Assembly: GCA_049967475.1 (NCBI GenBank)
Contig: JBMFSQ010000027.1
Span: 1-29,583 of the forward strand
DNA length: 29,583 bases
Source of the DNA: Chthonomonadales bacterium
Lineage (GTDB): Bacteria; Armatimonadota; Chthonomonadetes; Chthonomonadales; CAJBBX01
Reading direction: 5' to 3'
The position numbers were made by a program, and so were the translations under genes. The notes under the pieces are model-generated. The model had not been told where the DNA came from. It was given only the letters and a program-made list of their open reading frames with translations, and did no database searches. Position 1 is the first letter of the stretch, and each line of letters starts with the position of its first letter. Positions 26,126 through 29,583 of this stretch are shown piece by piece.

Positions 26126-28843
26126 CTATCGGCGCGTCATTTCGTCTAGGATGCGCGGCGCGGCCTCCAGGGCCTCATCGAGTTTGGAGAGATCCCGCCC
26201 TCCTGCCTGGGCAAAATCTGCGCGACCGCCACCGCCGCCGCCGGCGATGCGTGCCACTTCCCGAACAAGATTGCCTGCATGGATGCCCTGGTTCACCAAA
26301 TCTCGCGTGACTTTTGCCGTGAAGAGGACCTTGCCCTGGGAGGGAGCGGCCAACACCACCACCGCCGACTTATGCTCCTGGGCAGTGCGATCGGCCAGCG
26401 CCGCCAATGCTTCGCTGGTAGTCTCAGGCAGTCTCCCCGTGACGACGGCGATGCCGTTGACGCGTGTGGTAGCAAGCTCCACAGGCTCTTGCAGGGGAGC
26501 TGCGCGCATCTGCCGCACTTGCTTCTCGAGCTCGGCGCGGGATTGGATGAGCTTGCCGACGGCCGCAGGCAAGTCCGCCGGATGGGTCTTGAGCAAGGCG
26601 GCCGCCTCGGCGAGGATCTCTTCCTGGCGCCGAACATGCCGGTAGGCCGCTTCGCCCGTAACCGCCTCGATGCGGCGCACGCCCGCGGCGACGCCCGTCT
26701 CCATCAAGATCTTGAAGAGGCCCACTTGCGCCGTGCGATTAAGGTGGGTGCCTCCGCAAAGCTCTGCGCTCACGCCGGGCACCTCGATCATGCGTACGTG
26801 GGTGCCGTACTTTTCACCGAAGAGAGCCATGGCGCCATGCCGGCGCGCCTCGGCAATGGGCAGGTCTTCATGCACTACCACAGGCAAATCTTCCAGGATG
26901 CGCCGGTTCACCACCTCCTCCACGGCGTCCAGCTCTTGGCGGGACACGGGATGCGTGTGGGTGAAGTCGAAGCGCAACCGATCCGGCGCAACAAGGGACC
27001 CTTTCTGGTGTACGTGTTTGCCCAGCACTTCGCGGAGAGCCGCGTGAAGCAGATGGGTGGCCGTATGGTTGCGCATGATGCTGCGCCGGCGCTCCATGTC
27101 TACAGCGGCGGTCACACGGTCGCCCACATTGAGGACCCCTTCGCGCACCACGGCCTTATGAAGGATGATGCCTCCCGCCTTTTGTGTGTCCATTACTTCC
27201 GCCCGAAGCGCGCATTCTGTGTCCCTGCCCGGCGAGGTGATCCAGCCGGTATCCCCTACTTGGCCGCCGGCCTCGGCGTAAAAGGGAGTGCGGTCCAGCA
27301 CGATCTCTACCGCATCGCCTGCTCTGGCAAAGTCCACCAATTCGTCGTTGCGGATGACGGCCTGAACCTCCGCTTCCACTACGCTCGCCGCGTACCCTTC
27401 GAACTGCGTGGCGGGGGTTTGGCGCTGGATTTCTGCGAGAGCGCCTTCCATGCGGCGGAATACGTCTTTGCCCATCTCGCTTGCTTCTTGCGAACGGCGG
27501 CGCTGCTCTTCAAGCGAGCGCTGGAAGCCTTTCAGATCCACCGCGGTGCCATGTTCGGCTGCAATCTCGCGGGTGAGTTCTATCGGGAAGCCGAAGGTGT
27601 CATACAGCACAAAGGCATCCTCACCGGAGAGGACACCGCTGCCCGATGCCTGGGCCTGTTCCAAAAGTTCTTCCAGCCGCCGGGTGCCGTTCTCCAGTGT
27701 TCGGCGGAAACGCTCTTCCTCTGCGTAGATGGTTTTGAGAATATGATCGCTTCGCTCAACGATCTCGGGGTACGCCGCGCCCATAGTGTCCACCACTACG
27801 GGAGCAACCTCGTGGAGGAAGGGATCCTGGAAGCCGAGCACCGCCTTGCCGAAGCGGATGGCGCGGCGGAGGATGCGGCGCAGCACATAGCCGCGGCCCT
27901 CATTGGAGGGAAGGATGCCGTCCGCGATGCAGAAGACGGTAGCCCGGGCATGCTCGGCGATCACGCGGAAGGCAAAGTCTTCGGGACCCATCGTCCCTGT
28001 ATACTTGCGCCGCGCCAGCGCCTGGATACGTTCGAGAAGCGGGTACATCAGATCCGTGTCAAAGACACTGGCTTTGTTCTGGATCACTGCAAGGATGCGC
28101 TCGAACCCGGCGCCCGTGTCGTTGTTCCTGCCCGGCAGGGGAACGAGCACCGGCTTCCCGGAGGCATCTTCGGTGCGGTCGAATTGCGTGAACACGTTGT
28201 TCCAAATCTCCAGCCACCGGCCCGCGTCGTCGTCTATCTTGAAGCGTTCCGTAGGCGTCAGGCTGGGATCCGCAGTCATCTGGTCCGGAGGAACCACACG
28301 GTAGAAGACCTCGGTGCAGGGGCCGCAAGGACCGTTGGGTCCTTGGGTGATGGCGTTGGCAGGCCAATAGTTTTTATCTTCGCCTAGACGATGGATGCGG
28401 TCCGGCGAGATGCCTACCACGTCGCGCCAGATTTCGAAGGCTTCGTCATCATCATGGAATACCGTTACGCAGAGGCGTTCCGGATCCAGGCCGAGACGGC
28501 CGGTGAGGAACTCCCAGGTCCAAGGAATGACTTCGCGCTTGAAGTAGTCTGCGAAGCTGAAATTCCCCAACATCTCGAAGAAGGTGAGATGGGAGTAATC
28601 GCCAACACTGTCTATATCGCCGGTGCGCACGCACTTCTGCACGGTGACGATGCGGCGCCTGGGAGGGATGGCTTCTCCGGTAAAATAGGGTTTGAATTGC
28701 TGCATCCCGGCGCTGGTAAAGAGGGTCGAGGTGTCTTCGACACCCAAGGCGTCAATAGGGATTAGGGGCGCGCTGGGCAGGTGGAGGTGCCCGCGTTCAA
28801 CAAAGAAGTCTATGTAAGCTTGCCGTAGTTCGTTCGCAAGCAT
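26126..28843 (-). CDS. alaS: Alanine--tRNA ligase
   Basis: LFTSAGMQQFK, QKCVR, HLTFFEMLGNFSF.DYFK, GPCGPC.E, LEIWN, PSNEGRGYVLRRILRRA, editing motifs HTATH and ELCGGTH, and C-Ala GGGGG..AQAGG. Start at ATG 28843. Confidence 0.98.
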   Translation of the reverse strand: MLANELRQAYIDFFVERGHLHLPSAPLIPIDALGVEDTSTLFTSAGMQQFKPYFTGEAIPPRRRIVTVQKCVRTGDIDSVGDYSHLTFFEMLGNFSFADYFKREVIPWTWEFLTGRLGLDPERLCVTVFHDDDEAFEIWRDVVGISPDRIHRLGEDKNYWPANAITQGPNGPCGPCTEVFYRVVPPDQMTADPSLTPTERFKIDDDAGRWLEIWNNVFTQFDRTEDASGKPVLVPLPGRNNDTGAGFERILAVIQNKASVFDTDLMYPLLERIQALARRKYTGTMGPEDFAFRVIAEHARATVFCIADGILPSNEGRGYVLRRILRRAIRFGKAVLGFQDPFLHEVAPVVVDTMGAAYPEIVERSDHILKTIYAEEERFRRTLENGTRRLEELLEQAQASGSGVLSGEDAFVLYDTFGFPIELTREIAAEHGTAVDLKGFQRSLEEQRRRSQEASEMGKDVFRRMEGALAEIQRQTPATQFEGYAASVVEAEVQAVIRNDELVDFARAGDAVEIVLDRTPFYAEAGGQVGDTGWITSPGRDTECALRAEVMDTQKAGGIILHKAVVREGVLNVGDRVTAAVDMERRRSIMRNHTATHLLHAALREVLGKHVHQKGSLVAPDRLRFDFTHTHPVSRQELDAVEEVVNRRILEDLPVVVHEDLPIAEARRHGAMALFGEKYGTHVRMIEVPGVSAELCGGTHLNRTAQVGLFKILMETGVAAGVRRIEAVTGEAAYRHVRRQEEILAEAAALLKTHPADLPAAVGKLIQSRAELEKQVRQMRAAPLQEPVELATTRVNGIAVVTGRLPETTSEALAALADRTAQEHKSAVVVLAAPSQGKVLFTAKVTRDLVNQGIHAGNLVREVARIAGGGGGGRADFAQAGGRDLSKLDEALEAAPRILDEMTRR

Positions 28844-28915
28844 GGGCAGGAACGGCTCCCGGGGAAGGATTGCAGCGGCCCGATCGGCAATCGCCCTAGC
28901 GGACCCCGCCTGGTT

Positions 28916-28924
28916 ATTATAGCA
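28916..28924 (-). promoter_or_regulatory. Extended -10 promoter element for alaS
   Basis: TGcTATAAT on the minus strand, about 70 nt upstream of the alaS ATG. Confidence 0.6.
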
Positions 28925-29044
28925 CGCAGGGGGACGGGCGCCGGGCTGCGTCCAATCTGCGGCAAACGCGGGCCCGCTTCCAGGCGTATCAACTAACGGT
29001 GCGCATCCGTCGTGGCCCGCCCATGCGGGCGTGTGAGGAGAGGA

Positions 29045-29548
29045 ATGTATTACCGTAAAGTGCTTTTGGGCATTCTCACAGCCGTGGTGGTGATCTGGTT
29101 TTACTATAGCTCTATCCCAGCGCAAACCGAGGGACCCCAGGGGCCCGCGCCAGATATCGTAGTCCATCGGCCTCAGGGCGACGTGCACCTGAAGGACTTC
29201 AGGGGCAAAGTGGTGCTTGTGGACGTATGGGCAACGTGGTGCGGGCCGTGCCGCAGTTCCATACCCGCCATCGAACGGCTCTACCAGGCCAAGCACGCAC
29301 AAGGCTTCGAGGTTCTCGGCGCCTCCGTGGATGATGCATGGGACAAGGTGCCTCCTTTCATGCGTGAGATGGGGATGACTTATACCGTGGGGCTGTTGAG
29401 CGCGGATCAGGCCCGGAACTTCCCTTCCATACCTTTTATGTTCCTTGTGGACCGCCAGGGAAATATCCGGTGGAAGCAGGCGGGATATGGACCCTCCACG
29501 GAAGGAGAGCTGGAAAGGCTGGTGGACCGCCTTTTGAAAGCGCCCTAA
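29045..29548 (+). CDS. TlpA/ResA-family membrane-anchored thiol-disulfide oxidoreductase
   Basis: N-terminal anchor, L.DFRGKVVLVDVWATWCGPC and cis-Pro motif IP.MFLVDRQG. Purine-rich RBS before ATG 29045. Confidence 0.93.
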   Translation: MYYRKVLLGILTAVVVIWFYYSSIPAQTEGPQGPAPDIVVHRPQGDVHLKDFRGKVVLVDVWATWCGPCRSSIPAIERLYQAKHAQGFEVLGASVDDAWDKVPPFMREMGMTYTVGLLSADQARNFPSIPFMFLVDRQGNIRWKQAGYGPSTEGELERLVDRLLKAP

Positions 29549-29583
29549 TGTTGGGATCGTGCATGCAGCCGTTCGAGCCGGCG

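Noticed and set aside
26279..28387. 702-aa plus-strand ORF
   Set aside because: Lies wholly antisense to alaS; shadow ORF.
28844..29302. 153-aa N-terminal extension of AlaRS in the ORF track
   Set aside because: Overlaps the divergent TlpA gene and the extended -10 element. Family similarity starts at MLANELR (28843). The upstream extensions of hoxH, hoxY, hoxW, the ManD-like gene and rarA were trimmed on similar grounds.
1..29583. CRISPR arrays, tRNA/rRNA, IS, integrase, prophage or defence genes
   Set aside because: No regularly spaced DNA repeats or structural RNA signatures were seen by eye, and nearly all sequence is accounted for by the listed CDSs. An Infernal or tRNAscan run would be needed to exclude small RNAs formally.

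Overview
A GC-rich (~60-65%, estimated by eye) bacterial chromosomal window. Gene content and style suggest Armatimonadota or a Chloroflexi-like organism (inference only). Left to right it holds: (1) the 5' end of a probable acetyl-CoA synthetase, absent from the ORF track, directly behind an OFA/MCT-type MFS transporter; (2) a complete, tightly coupled bidirectional NAD-linked [NiFe]-hydrogenase operon, hoxEFUYH-hoxW, preceded by two TTGTG-N8-CACAA (Rex/CRP-type) palindromes; (3) a ~15 kb carbohydrate-related accessory block with two SGNH esterases, a ManD/RspA dehydratase, an alpha/beta-hydrolase fused to a helical glycosidase-like domain, a UroD/MtaA-like protein, a TMTC-like GT-C/TPR protein, a GxGYxYP protein bracketed by a duplicated module, a Tat-exported Gfo/Idh/MocA oxidoreductase and a GH130 phosphorylase; (4) rarA, a single-pass Ig-repeat membrane protein, alaS and a TlpA-like thioredoxin. 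I found no rRNA, tRNA, CRISPR array or mobile element. The best candidates for new biology are the manD-fusion-uroD-like-SGNH operon, a possible TMTC-like O-mannosylation module, and redox regulation of hox next to an acetate module. All assignments come from motif recognition, without database searches.
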